From contig CAVWLW010000069.1 of NCBI GenBank assembly GCA_963755715.1, positions 1 to 64,000 of the forward strand: a stretch of 64,000 nt of DNA, read 5' to 3'. This DNA comes from an uncultured delta proteobacterium. GTDB lineage: Bacteria; Desulfobacterota; Binatia; UBA9968. Positions 39,621-49,465 of this stretch are shown piece after piece. The position numbers and the translations under genes were made by a program. The notes under the pieces are model-generated. The model searched no databases and had not been told where the DNA came from. It worked only from the letters and a program-made list of their open reading frames with translations. Each line of letters starts with the position of its first letter. The stretch's first letter is position 1.

Positions 39621-42573
39621 TTATCCTTCCGTCATGCTCGTGCGCGCCGAGCGGCGGAATACCCATAGGCTAAAAAGCAACGCGATGGCTACCACAACCG
39701 CCAGCAATCCGAGGCTGATCCACACAGTCCAATCGGAAATCACCAGATGTGTCGGCAACAGATGAACGACAGACTTCAGTTCGCGCAGGCTCCAAATCAA
39801 ATTCGTCAAACCGAAGCCGGCGGCGCCCGCAACCAAGAGACCCACGACAAGACCGAGCAATGCCGGCGCGAGCAGGCTCGAAGCAAAGAACCTGAAGAGC
39901 AACACCGGCGACACGCCGCGCACGCGCAGCAAACCTAAAGTGCGGCGGTCTTCGAGATAGTTCGTCAACGCAATGGCGAGAATCGCGATCAGCGCCAAGA
40001 GCACGCCGCCGATGAGATAGATCCGCATGTTCTCCAGCGCGAGAAAGATAAACATATCGCCGCCAACCTTCTTCAGCTCGCGCTTGAGCTCGCGCACTTC
40101 CAGTGGACGAGATTTGAGCGTTTGCGACAGAGACTTCACAATCGCTTGAGCGTCGCCGTCCGGTTTCACCCGCACGAGCAAGAGAATGCGCGGAATCAGA
40201 ACTTTAAGATTGGCCATTCGCGGGTTGTCCATCGTTCCGACGAGATAGGCATCGGTGCTGGAAAGATAGTTCAAGTAATCGATGCGCGCCGAGACATAAC
40301 TCTGCCGATCGGAAATGCTGCGCGGCGGCATGCCGGGAAGAAAGCCGACGATGCCGCTCGCGGGTACCAACACCGGTTTTTTGCTCAGATCGGCGCCCAA
40401 CAGCACCGGCTCGCCCGCGCTCAGGTTCCAAAACGCCGCCACCGGTGGCGACGCCGCAATGGTTTGACCCTTTAATTCCGTGATCACCTCGCTGAACTTC
40501 CCGGTGACTCCCAGTTTTTCTTCGAAGATGGTGTTTTTCAAATAGCGCTGTGGATCGTCGATCAGATAAAGCGGGACGCCGCTGAGTCCGTATCCCGGAA
40601 AGAAAAAACCGGGCAAAATTGCTTCGAAGAGATACTCAATCGACGTTACCTGTGGGTGTTGAAAGGAAGCTAGACGTTCTTTCAAGGCCGAGCGAATCGC
40701 TTGCACCTGGCCGCCAAGTCCCTGTTCGAATTGCTCCGCCGAGACCAGATCGGTGGGACTAATCGACACGTGCAGTTCGCTGCCGACTTGCACCGTGGCG
40801 CCGCGCAGCGCTTTGTCTTCGAAAGACTTGGACGCGATGCTCGGATACAAGCTCACGCTCGCCATCAGGCCGACGATCAGAAGAAAACTCGAAATCCGGT
40901 GCGGCTTGAGCGACATATGCTTGAGCGACAGCGTGCGCAGCTTGCCGCCGACGAAGTAAGTCACCGAGCTGAGCAGCCCGCTGATCAATTGGCGCTGGGC
41001 GACGAGCAGCGCGACCAGACCGTAAACGAAAAGCGGCAGGGCGATGAAATCGAGCGCCCGATCGAGCATGGTCGCGGCTTGAACAAATTGAGTCCACGCC
41101 GCGCTGTCTTCCTCGCCGGCGACGAGATGCGACGACAAACTGTAATCGGCGATCCAGCCGACAATCTTGTAAGCGCCGATCAAGAGCGCGAGCCATTCCA
41201 GCGCAGCGAAACCGCTGCGCGCTTGGGTCAGCTCCGACACCGCCACGCGGCGCGACGCCTCGAGCGGTGAAATCGTCGTCGCATAACGAATCAGCTTGCG
41301 GCTGATCAGCAGGACCAACACTAACCCGACGATCAAGAACAACAACATCAGCAGCGGTCCCTGGACGCGTGAGAGGGTGGTCCAGGACAGCACGCCGCCT
41401 TCGTAAACATACAGCGGAATGAGCGTTCCCAGCGTCAGTCCGATGATGCCGCCAATCAGCCCGCCAAGCCCGATCGAGATCAATAGACTTTGGCCGAGCA
41501 GTTTTCCCGGCACGCCGCGCAGGCGCATGAGACCGAGCTTGCGCCGCTCATTGAGAATCAGCAGTGACGAAAGATTCGACGCGAGCATCCAGGCAATCGC
41601 GAGCAGAGGAATAGCGATCAGTAGCGTCGCCAAGCCGATCAGGCGGGAGATTTCCGCCATGCGCTTGAGCAGAACAAGAATCGCGTTGTCGACAAAGATC
41701 GTCGGCCCCAAAGATTTGGATTTTTGATCAACCTCGGCATGGAGCTTCTCTAAGATTTGCCAGCGAACCTTGAATATCCCAGCCGGAGATCAGCGCCTTT
41801 CGGTCGACGCGCGCTAGATGAACGACTTCCGGAAGATATTCCCCCGCGGTCACGTGAATATCGGTGTGATCGCCGAGCGCTCCGCGCGACAATGCATCGA
41901 AGCGCTGGAGCAGTTCGAAGCTATGGGGCACGACGAGAATGACGCCGATGTAAGGGACAAAAGAAATCGAGCCGATCTCATCCATGAAATAGCGATTCAC
42001 TTCCGAACGTTCCAAACGCACGATACCGCTGAGCGCCATGTCAAAAACGCCGGCGCTGGTCTTTTTGTGCTCGGAGTAAACTCGCACGGTAAAGCGGCGC
42101 GAGCCCTGGAGCGCCAAATACGCTTTGCCCATGTGCTGCTCGGGACCCACGAGCGCAAGAAATGCCTTGTTGCCGTTGGCCGCCGTCGGCCGCGCTTCGG
42201 GCGGCAAGAGCGAAACGTCGGTCGCCGACAGAACCGACACCCAGGGTGATGCGAGCGGCTTGCCGTCGACCATCAGAATCGCTTCCGGCGGCGGTTTGGA
42301 GCGCAGGAAACTCAAGCTTTCGACCCGTTGAATGCCGGAGATCTTGCGCAATATCGGCGAGACTTCAGCGGAGATTGAAAAATCGCTGGTCTGGTAAAGC
42401 GCAATGTCCCAGGACAAGCGTGAAAGCTGATCTTCGATATAGAGCTTCAGCGCATAATGGGAGGCCAAATTGATCGCCGCCAATAAACCGGCGACTAAAA
42501 GTGTGACGATCCCGAAAGCAAGAAAGGCTCTTTTGCCAAGAATTTGCGCAAGTCGGACGTGCAGGCTGCTCAC
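39621..42573 (-). CDS. Large (~980 aa) FtsX/MacB-like (type VII) ABC permease with two periplasmic domains (frameshift near 41735)
   Basis: ORF 41728..42573 (TM + soluble domain) joins 39621..41711. Two FtsX-type motifs, NERRKLGLMRLRGV and EDRRTLGLLRVRGV, sit within hydrophobic TM blocks. Adjacent LolD-type ATPase. Confidence 0.82.
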
Positions 42574-42615
42574 TTTTACATTTTGGATTTTAGATTTTCG
42601 ATTAGGGATTCAACA
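42574..42615. repeat. 7-bp-period TTTTnGA tandem repeat
   Basis: TTTTACA TTTTGGA TTTTAGA TTTTCGA TTAGGGA. Confidence 0.6.
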
Positions 42616-42658
42616 CAGGATTCCGGTCGAGAACCTAAAACCTCATGTCCTTTCCTGC

Positions 42659-44356
42659 TCATTTTTTCGGTTTCACCGGCGGATAAAAATACTCGAAGGT
42701 GCCGGCGTCGATCTTCCGCATGACTTCGCTAAAAGTTTTCCACGGGTCTTTCGCGTAGTCCTGATACTTTCCCGGAGCGTTGATTCCGGGAATATACGGC
42801 GACCAGTCATCGCTCAGCACTTCGTCGGGATTGCCGTAGCGCGACGCCAGAGCGCGAATCTCCGGACTCTTGAGGGCATTCACTTCGCCTTTTTCGATCA
42901 AGGTCATCCAAGTGTTTTTGGTGCCGCGTACGCGCACGCGGTAAGTCGGCAGCGTATTATGAATATGCCACCAGTGATCGTTGGGCAATCCGTTTTGCTT
43001 GGCGAAATCCATCCATTCCTTGGACTCCGTCGCTTTGTCCGGTCCGTGATCGAGACGAAGGCCAAAACCCCAATGAATCACACCGGCGTTGTTGCGTTCG
43101 GAACCATTGGTTCCTTCCATATTCTCATCCGGCCGCCTAAAGAATTTCGGATTGGTGCCCATGCCCGCTTCATAGATCCACCAGTAACCGGGCTGGTCGT
43201 GAAAAGGATAAGTGAGCTCGTTGATCTTCGGATATTTGAGAAACTCGCGCCATAACTCGCCGTATAGGCCGCCGCCTTTGACTTCCTTGACATAGCCGTC
43301 CTTGACGTGCACTTCGATGCGCGGATAGGAGCCGGTGTGGTTGCTGGTTCCGGCGAAGACGCCATTCACTTTGACAAGAAAACGAGGATTATATTTTTTT
43401 GTGAATGCCGGATAATCGACGGAAGAGTATGGAAAGCGGCCGGTTGCCTGATGAGGAAACATGAATAGGTGACCTTGCTGATAAGCCCCTTCCGCCCACG
43501 CTTGCGCCTGCTTTTCCTCGAGCTCGAATGAAAAATTCGTTCCTTCAGGGTCATTCACTTCGACCCGATCTGTCCACGCCAGCGGCTCGACGACGCGTTC
43601 TTCCGCCAAGCGCCAGATGTCGCCGGGAAAAGTCGCGGCTTTGTTCATGAGCTCATAGCGGTTGTCAAAAATAAAGTTGCCGTAGAATTTGCTGCCGTGC
43701 GGCTCGATCGCTTTGCGTGTAACTGTCCGGCCGCCGCGCCGCCAAAAAACTGCATTGACGTCTTTGTGCTGATCGAGATATTTGATGATCGAATCGGCGA
43801 CGCTCTTGCCGCCAAAGCGTCTGCCCAGATCGATGAGCTCCTGCGCGCTGTCGTCTTCGCGTTGAAATACGGCCTTGTAAAGATCCGGACGCCGCTCTCT
43901 CAGCCACTTTTTGGGAATCTCGGCGTCGCCGAAGCGTTGCAAAATCCACGCGCGCATTTCCATGTAGCCCTGCTCCGAGGTGAACCAGCGGTTGGCTTTC
44001 ACCGCTTTCATCGCCTCTTCCTTGCTGACACCGAGGAGCTGGTACTCCGGAACGATCTGGATCTTTACGCCACGCTCTTCATAGGCGCGTTTGATCGCTT
44101 GCAGGATCATGTCTTCAGCCGTCGGTTCGGTGAAGATCGCGACTGTTTGTCCCTTCTCGACAAGCCCCAACGGAGTGCGGCCTCCGGTCTGGCGCACCGC
44201 CGCACGAGCAAAAGGCATGACGTCGTCGATCGATTTCGGCGGCCTGACGTAAGATGGAAAACGCGGCGCCGGATATTTGCCTTTTTCCTGCGCGCCAGTC
44301 AAACCGATTAGCGAAAACAAGATAAGTGCTGTCCAGCCAATTCTCGCTATCTTCAC
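42659..44356 (-). CDS. Secreted uncharacterised M29-peptidase-fold-like protein, paralog C (565 aa, GTG start)
   Basis: Signal peptide VKIARIGWTALILFSLIGLTGA; KYPAPRFPSY, DPEGTNFSF, QQGHLFMFP, YEAGMGTNPK, SERNNAGVIHWGFG, DHWWHIHN. Confidence 0.85.
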   Translation of the reverse strand: MKIARIGWTALILFSLIGLTGAQEKGKYPAPRFPSYVRPPKSIDDVMPFARAAVRQTGGRTPLGLVEKGQTVAIFTEPTAEDMILQAIKRAYEERGVKIQIVPEYQLLGVSKEEAMKAVKANRWFTSEQGYMEMRAWILQRFGDAEIPKKWLRERRPDLYKAVFQREDDSAQELIDLGRRFGGKSVADSIIKYLDQHKDVNAVFWRRGGRTVTRKAIEPHGSKFYGNFIFDNRYELMNKAATFPGDIWRLAEERVVEPLAWTDRVEVNDPEGTNFSFELEEKQAQAWAEGAYQQGHLFMFPHQATGRFPYSSVDYPAFTKKYNPRFLVKVNGVFAGTSNHTGSYPRIEVHVKDGYVKEVKGGGLYGELWREFLKYPKINELTYPFHDQPGYWWIYEAGMGTNPKFFRRPDENMEGTNGSERNNAGVIHWGFGLRLDHGPDKATESKEWMDFAKQNGLPNDHWWHIHNTLPTYRVRVRGTKNTWMTLIEKGEVNALKSPEIRALASRYGNPDEVLSDDWSPYIPGINAPGKYQDYAKDPWKTFSEVMRKIDAGTFEYFYPPVKPKK

Positions 44357-44368
44357 GGCGATCCCTCT

Positions 44369-44406
44369 TAAACTTTTGAACCTTTGAACGATTGAACCTT
44401 GAACTG
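44369..44406. repeat. 8-bp-period TGAAC tandem repeat between paralogs B and C
   Basis: TAAACTTT TGAACCTT TGAACGAT TGAACCT TGAACTG. Confidence 0.65.
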
Positions 44407-44415
44407 CGCCCAGCG

Positions 44416-46098
44416 CTATTTCTTCTTCGGATAGAAATACTCGTACGTTCCGGCATTCACTTTTTTCATGACTTCCATAAACGTCTTCCAGGGATCCTTG
44501 GCATAGTCCTCGTATTTCCCCGGCGCGTTGATACCCGGCAGATGCGGCACCCAATCTTCCGCCAGCACTTCGTTGGGATCACCGTAGCGCGATGCCAAGG
44601 CGCGAATCTCCGGACTCTTGTATGCCGTAAGCTCGCCTTTATCGATGATCGTTATCCAAGTGTTCTTCGTGCCGTGCACCCGCCCGCGATAGGTCACCAG
44701 CGTGTTGTGGATATGCCACCAGTGGTCCTTCGGCAAACCGTTCTGTTTGGGGAAATCGATCCACGCCTTCGATTCTTCCGGCTTGTCGGGATCATGAATC
44801 ACGCTGCCACCAAAGCCCCAGTGAATCACGCCAGCGTTGTTTCGCTCCGATTGATTGTTGCCTTCCATGTTTTCATCGGGCCGCTTGAAAAACTTTGGGT
44901 TGGTGCCGAGCCCTGCTTCGTAGAACCACCAGTAGCCCGGCTTTTCTTGATAAGGATAGGTCAGCTCGTTGATTTTGGGATACTTGAGAAACTCGCGCCA
45001 CAGCTCGCCGTAGACGCCGCCGCCTTTGACCTCCGTCACATAGCCGTCTTTGACGTAAACTTCGATGCGTGGATAAGAGCCGGCGTGGTTGCTCGTGCCG
45101 GCGAATACACCGTTGACTTTGGTCTGCAGCGGCGCGTTCCATTTCTTTTGAATCGCCGGATAGTCAACGACGGAAAAAGGAAATCGTCCCGTCGCCTGAT
45201 AGGGCGACATGAACAAATGCCCTTGATTGTAGGCGCCCGACGCCCAAGTCTTCGCTTCCTCTTCGGTCAATTCGAAGGACATGTTCGTGCCTTCGGGATC
45301 GAATGCTTCGACGCGGTCGAGCCACGCGAGCGACTCGAGCACGCGCTCTTCCGCCAGACGCCAGACGTCGCCTGGGAACGTCGACGCTTTGTTCATCAGC
45401 TCGTAGCGGTTGTCGAAAATATAATTGCCGTAAAATTTTGCGCTATGCTGCTTGAGCAAACGCGCCGTGCGTGGTCGGCCGCCGCGGCGCCAGAAGACCG
45501 CTTTGATGTCGGGGTGCTGATCCAGATATTTGATCATCGCCTCGGCGACGTTCGGCCCGCCGAACTGTTTGGCCAGCTCGCGTTGCTTTTGCGGGACTTC
45601 GTCACCCTTGGTGTAAATCGCGTTGTAGAGATCCGGGCGGCGCTCTTTGAGCCATTTTTTCGGTACTTCGGGATCGACGAACAGATCATCGATCCAGCGG
45701 CGCACTTCCATATAGCCCTGCTCCGAAGTAAACCAGTGCATGGCGTGAATCGCCTTCAGCGCTTCTTCTTTGTTCACGCCCAAAAGCTCGTGCTCGCCGA
45801 CGATGTAAGTCTTGACGCCGCGCTCCTCGTACGCTCTCTTGATCGCCTGCATCACCATCGGATCGGCGCCGACTTCAGTGACGATAAGCGCGGCCGTGCC
45901 TTTTTCGACCAGGCCCAACGGCGTGCGGCCGCCGGTTTGGCGTGCCGCCGCGCGCGCAAAAGGCATGATGTCGTCGATGGATTTCGGCGGCTTCAAATAC
46001 GAGGGAAAACGCGGCGCGGGATATTTTTTACTTTCCGCCGCGCCGGCAGATTGAAAACTGCCGAACAAGATCATCGCTATCGCAAAAAGATATTTCAT
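44416..46098 (-). CDS. Secreted uncharacterised M29-peptidase-fold-like protein, paralog B (560 aa)
   Basis: Intact ORF; signal peptide ending AGA-A; same motifs as paralog C (YEAGLGTNPK, SERNNAGVIHWGFG, DHWWHIHN). Confidence 0.88.
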   Translation of the reverse strand: MKYLFAIAMILFGSFQSAGAAESKKYPAPRFPSYLKPPKSIDDIMPFARAAARQTGGRTPLGLVEKGTAALIVTEVGADPMVMQAIKRAYEERGVKTYIVGEHELLGVNKEEALKAIHAMHWFTSEQGYMEVRRWIDDLFVDPEVPKKWLKERRPDLYNAIYTKGDEVPQKQRELAKQFGGPNVAEAMIKYLDQHPDIKAVFWRRGGRPRTARLLKQHSAKFYGNYIFDNRYELMNKASTFPGDVWRLAEERVLESLAWLDRVEAFDPEGTNMSFELTEEEAKTWASGAYNQGHLFMSPYQATGRFPFSVVDYPAIQKKWNAPLQTKVNGVFAGTSNHAGSYPRIEVYVKDGYVTEVKGGGVYGELWREFLKYPKINELTYPYQEKPGYWWFYEAGLGTNPKFFKRPDENMEGNNQSERNNAGVIHWGFGGSVIHDPDKPEESKAWIDFPKQNGLPKDHWWHIHNTLVTYRGRVHGTKNTWITIIDKGELTAYKSPEIRALASRYGDPNEVLAEDWVPHLPGINAPGKYEDYAKDPWKTFMEVMKKVNAGTYEYFYPKKK

Positions 46099-46131
46099 CG
46101 CCGTCTCCCTAAGTTTGGCGCTTATTTTCTC

Positions 46132-46176
46132 TAAACGATTTGAACGGCTTGAACGTTTTGAACGATTGGAACGATT
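46132..46176. repeat. 9-bp-period TGAACG tandem repeat between paralogs A and B
   Basis: TAAACGATT TGAACGGCT TGAACGTTT TGAACGATT GGAACGATT. Confidence 0.7.
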
Positions 46177-46177
46177 T

Positions 46178-47879
46178 TCATTGTTTCGGTTTAATCGGCG
46201 GATAGAATCCCTCGTAACTCCCAGATTGAATTCGGTTGATCACGCCGGAGATCGTTTTCCACGGATCTTTTGCGTAGTCTTCATACTTGCCCGGCGCGTT
46301 GATGCCCGGCAGATGCGGCGCCCAATCGTCGCTCAAGCACATCGCGCGGGTCGCCGTAACGCGAGGCCAGGGCGCGAACTTCGGGACTCTTGAAGGCGGT
46401 CAGCTCGCCTTTGTCGATGAGCGTGATCCAGCTACTCTTCGTGCCGCGCACTTTCACGCGGTAGGTCGGCAGCAGATTGTGAATATGCCAGCCATGATCG
46501 TCCGGCAAATTCGCCGTCTTGGTAAATTCGGTCCACTCTTTCGGCAGCAGCGCCTCTTTGGGCCCGTGCAACATGTTCAAACCGAAGCCCCAGTGAATCA
46601 CGCCGGCGTTGTTGCGCTCGGAGATATTGTTGCCTTCCATGTTTTCATCCGGGCGCTTGAAAAATTTCGGATTGGTTCCCAAGCCGGCTTCGTGCAGCCA
46701 CCAGTAGCCTTTTTGCGGCATAAACGGATACTGTGCCTCGTTGATGTTTGGGTACTTTAAAAATTCGCGCCATAGATCGCCGTAAATGCCGCCACCCTTG
46801 ACCTCGCTCACGACACCGTCTTTGACCGTCACTTCGATTCTCGGATAGGCGCCATAATGGTTATTGGTGCCGGCGAACACACCGTTGACTTTGATCAGCA
46901 CGGGCGCAAGCCAATGTTTGCTCCAAGCAGGATAATCGACTTTGGAATAAGGAAACCCGCGCGTCGCCTGAGTCGGGTATAGATAAAGATGACCCTGCTG
47001 ATAAGCTCCTTCTCCCCACGCCTCCGCTTCTTTCTCGGTCAATGAAAAGGTGAAGTTGGTGCCCTCCGGATCGGTCACCTGAACCTGATCGACCCAACCG
47101 AACGATTCGATCACGCGCTCTTCGGCAAGCTTCCAAACGTCGCCGGGAAACGTCGCCGCTTTGTTCATCAGCTCCCAGTGATTGTCGAAGATGAAGTTGC
47201 CGAGCAGTTTTTCGCCCTGTTTGCCCATCGCTTTGCGGGTGTTTGGCCGGCCGCCGCGGCGCCAGAAGACGCCTTTGATTTCTGGATGAGCATCCAAATA
47301 TTTCTCCAGCAAAGCGCCCATATTTCTCTGCGCCAGTTTGCCGAAAATTTCTTTGTGCGCCGGCGTAATCACTTCGTCGTCGCGCGAAAACATTGCCTTA
47401 TAGATATCCGGGCGCCGTTCCTTGAGCCATTTCTTCGGCACCTCGGGATCGGCGAAGCGCTGCGTGATCCACGGTTTAATCTCCATATAGCCAAGTTCCG
47501 ACGTGTACCATTTGTTCGCTTTGATCGCTTTCAACACCTCCTCGCGGCTGACGCCCGCAAGCTCGTATTCGGGGATAATGCGCACTTCGACGCCGCGTTC
47601 TTTATAGGCGCGCACGATCGCTTGCAGCACGGTATCGTCGGCAACGGCTTCGGTGACGAGTCCGATCAGCGTTCCCTTTTCGACCAAACCCAGCGGTGTG
47701 CGGCCGCCGGTCTGACGCACCGCCGCGCGGGCAAACGGCATGATGTCTTCGATCGACTTTGGCGGCTTGACGTAGGACGGAAATCGCGGCGTGGGATATT
47801 TGGCGGTCTCGGCGGCGCGGAGCGGTAAAACCAACACCAGCGAAACCAAAGAGATAAAAATCGTCATCGTCGACTTCAT
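46178..47879 (-). CDS. Secreted uncharacterised M29-peptidase-fold-like protein, paralog A (one frameshift near 46335)
   Basis: MKSTMTIFISLVSLVLVLPLRA-AE; HEAGLGTNPK, SERNNAGVIHWGFG, DHGWHIHN. Removing one T restores LSDDWAPHLPGINAPGKYEDYAKDPW..FYPPIKPKQ to a TGA at 46178. Confidence 0.85.
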
Positions 47880-47928
47880 GCGATCCTCCGCGAAGCTCGT
47901 GGCTTTTGCCGGTCGAACCAACGATTAA

Positions 47929-47995
47929 TTTGAATATATTTGGAAACGATTTGGAATCTAGTGACTTTGAAGAGGGGTTGTCAAGCGAATTTCGC
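47929..47995 (-). promoter_or_regulatory. Sigma70-type promoter of the paralog A-B-C / FtsX / ATPase operon
   Basis: Minus strand TTGACA (47984-47979)-N18-TAGATT (47960-47955). Plus-strand TT(T/G)GAA occurs at 47929, 47940 and 47951 (11-bp period). The block is duplicated at 53539-53585. Confidence 0.7.
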
Positions 47996-48118
47996 TTGGC
48001 ATTGGGGAATCGTCGTTGTGAAACTTTTCTAAAATCTCAAGAGTAAAAACGCCCTGAGATACCAACAGAAAATATTTCGATCTCGATGTGTTGCCGAACG
48101 GGGAGACTATCGTCTGAC

Positions 48119-49234
48119 TCATTTGCTGAGAATCTTTTCGGCAAACTCGGCCGCCGGCCGGCGAACTTTGATGACTTTATCCTCTAGATGGTTGCGCAAC
48201 CTGTGATAGTCCGTAAGAGTCATGACGTCCTTGGCGGCATCGACACCGATCTGGCTCATCCATTTCGTATCCACGTCTAAACGTCGCGTTCCCTGCTTCA
48301 TGACCTTCGCGTAAAACTCTTGGCCTTCTTTGCCGAGAAACCAGTTGACGAACACTTTCATTGCATTCGGATGGGGCGGATTCTTGACGATCCCAAGCAC
48401 GCCGTAGCCGCTGCTCGCCGGCAGCCCTTCTTTGGGAGTCGGAAGTTCTTTGATCGGCAGGCCGGCGTTAAGAAATGGCTCATACTCGGATCGGCCGAGG
48501 CCGATGGTCACCGCGAGTTTTCCTTTTGCAAGCGCATCCGCGACCTGTCGAAGATTGCGGCTCAGGAAAAGATCTTGCTGCACGAGCTTCTTAAGGTAAT
48601 CCTCGCCCTTGATCTCCCACATAAAAGACCACAGCGAGATTCCCGAACCGCCGATGCGCGGATCGTTCAAACCGATTTTGCCCTTCCACTTGGGATTCAG
48701 AAGATCGTCGAAAGAGCGTACCTCATCCGCCTTCGCCAAATCGGCATTGTAGAACAACCCTTCAGTGCCCGCGTTGGCGACGAATGAATAAAGGAAACGA
48801 TTGGTCTTTAGGTTATCGTTCCAGATATGGCCGCCCCACCAGTTTTTGGGATCTTTCACCTCAGGTAAAATCATATAGGCGCTCACGGCGTCCAACATGC
48901 CATTGTCTTGCAGGGACATCGCCGTCGTCGTTCCTTGAATCAAACCGTCGATGGTGCGCACGCCGGCGTTATACTCTGACGAGATCCGGTTCGCCGAATC
49001 CGCGCCGCGCGACACCAGTAGCTCGGCATCGATGCCGAATTTTTGTTTCAACAAGGGCTCCAGCTCCTTTCTCAATTCAGCGCTGGGCGGAATCGCCAAT
49101 ACAATCTTGCCCTCGGCCTTGGCCTTTTGCAGCGCCGTCTCCCATTCGCCGCGCCATTCGGCGGCGGATGCTGGCTGCGACATGACAAAAATTGCCACGA
49201 CCATTGGGAACAGAGAAACTATTGTCTTCGTCAT
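48119..49234 (-). CDS. ABC substrate-binding protein, WWGGH subfamily
   Basis: ASA-AEWRGEWETALQKAKAEG, LPEVKDPKNWWGGH, PPHPNAMKVFVNWFLGKEGQ. Confidence 0.88.
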   Translation of the reverse strand: MTKTIVSLFPMVVAIFVMSQPASAAEWRGEWETALQKAKAEGKIVLAIPPSAELRKELEPLLKQKFGIDAELLVSRGADSANRISSEYNAGVRTIDGLIQGTTTAMSLQDNGMLDAVSAYMILPEVKDPKNWWGGHIWNDNLKTNRFLYSFVANAGTEGLFYNADLAKADEVRSFDDLLNPKWKGKIGLNDPRIGGSGISLWSFMWEIKGEDYLKKLVQQDLFLSRNLRQVADALAKGKLAVTIGLGRSEYEPFLNAGLPIKELPTPKEGLPASSGYGVLGIVKNPPHPNAMKVFVNWFLGKEGQEFYAKVMKQGTRRLDVDTKWMSQIGVDAAKDVMTLTDYHRLRNHLEDKVIKVRRPAAEFAEKILSK

Positions 49235-49389
49235 GCTCTTCTCCTGGATTTACGAATCTGTCTCACAACGCCAGTGGCAGTGCTAGTCGAGAATCTCATC
49301 TGCTTGATGGTATGAGCCGGTCGCGCGCAAAAATTGCCGCGGGGCGCGATAGCGACCAACCGGCAGGCATAATCTGTTGATGATTGTGA

Positions 49390-49421
49390 TGTGACGGAGC
49401 CGCTGGCGCGGCTCCGTCACA
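49390..49421. repeat. Perfect 14-bp-stem hairpin (REP-like or RNA stability element)
   Basis: TGTGACGGAGCCGC-tggc-GCGGCTCCGTCACA; no U-tract. Confidence 0.6.
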
Positions 49422-49465
49422 GGATTCGGGGTTTAATGAGACAAAATCGAACGCTGGCCGCGCTG

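Noticed and set aside
44356-44554. N-terminal extension of the 631-aa ORF 42659..44554
   Set aside because: It overlaps the end of paralog B out of frame; a GTG at 44356 with an RBS and signal peptide matches the starts of the other paralogs.
44369-46176. Short tandem repeats as a CRISPR array
   Set aside because: Units are 8-9 bp with no unique spacers, and no cas genes are present.
42659-47879. Paralog triplet as an assembly duplication or diversity-generating retroelement target
   Set aside because: Copies differ throughout, including signal peptides and synonymous sites; no reverse transcriptase or adenine-specific template/variable repeat pair was seen.
49240-49460. Possible riboswitch or ncRNA upstream of the SBP at 48119-49234
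   Set aside because: It contains hairpins but no conserved motif of a riboswitch class I can recognise; an Rfam/Infernal search would be needed.
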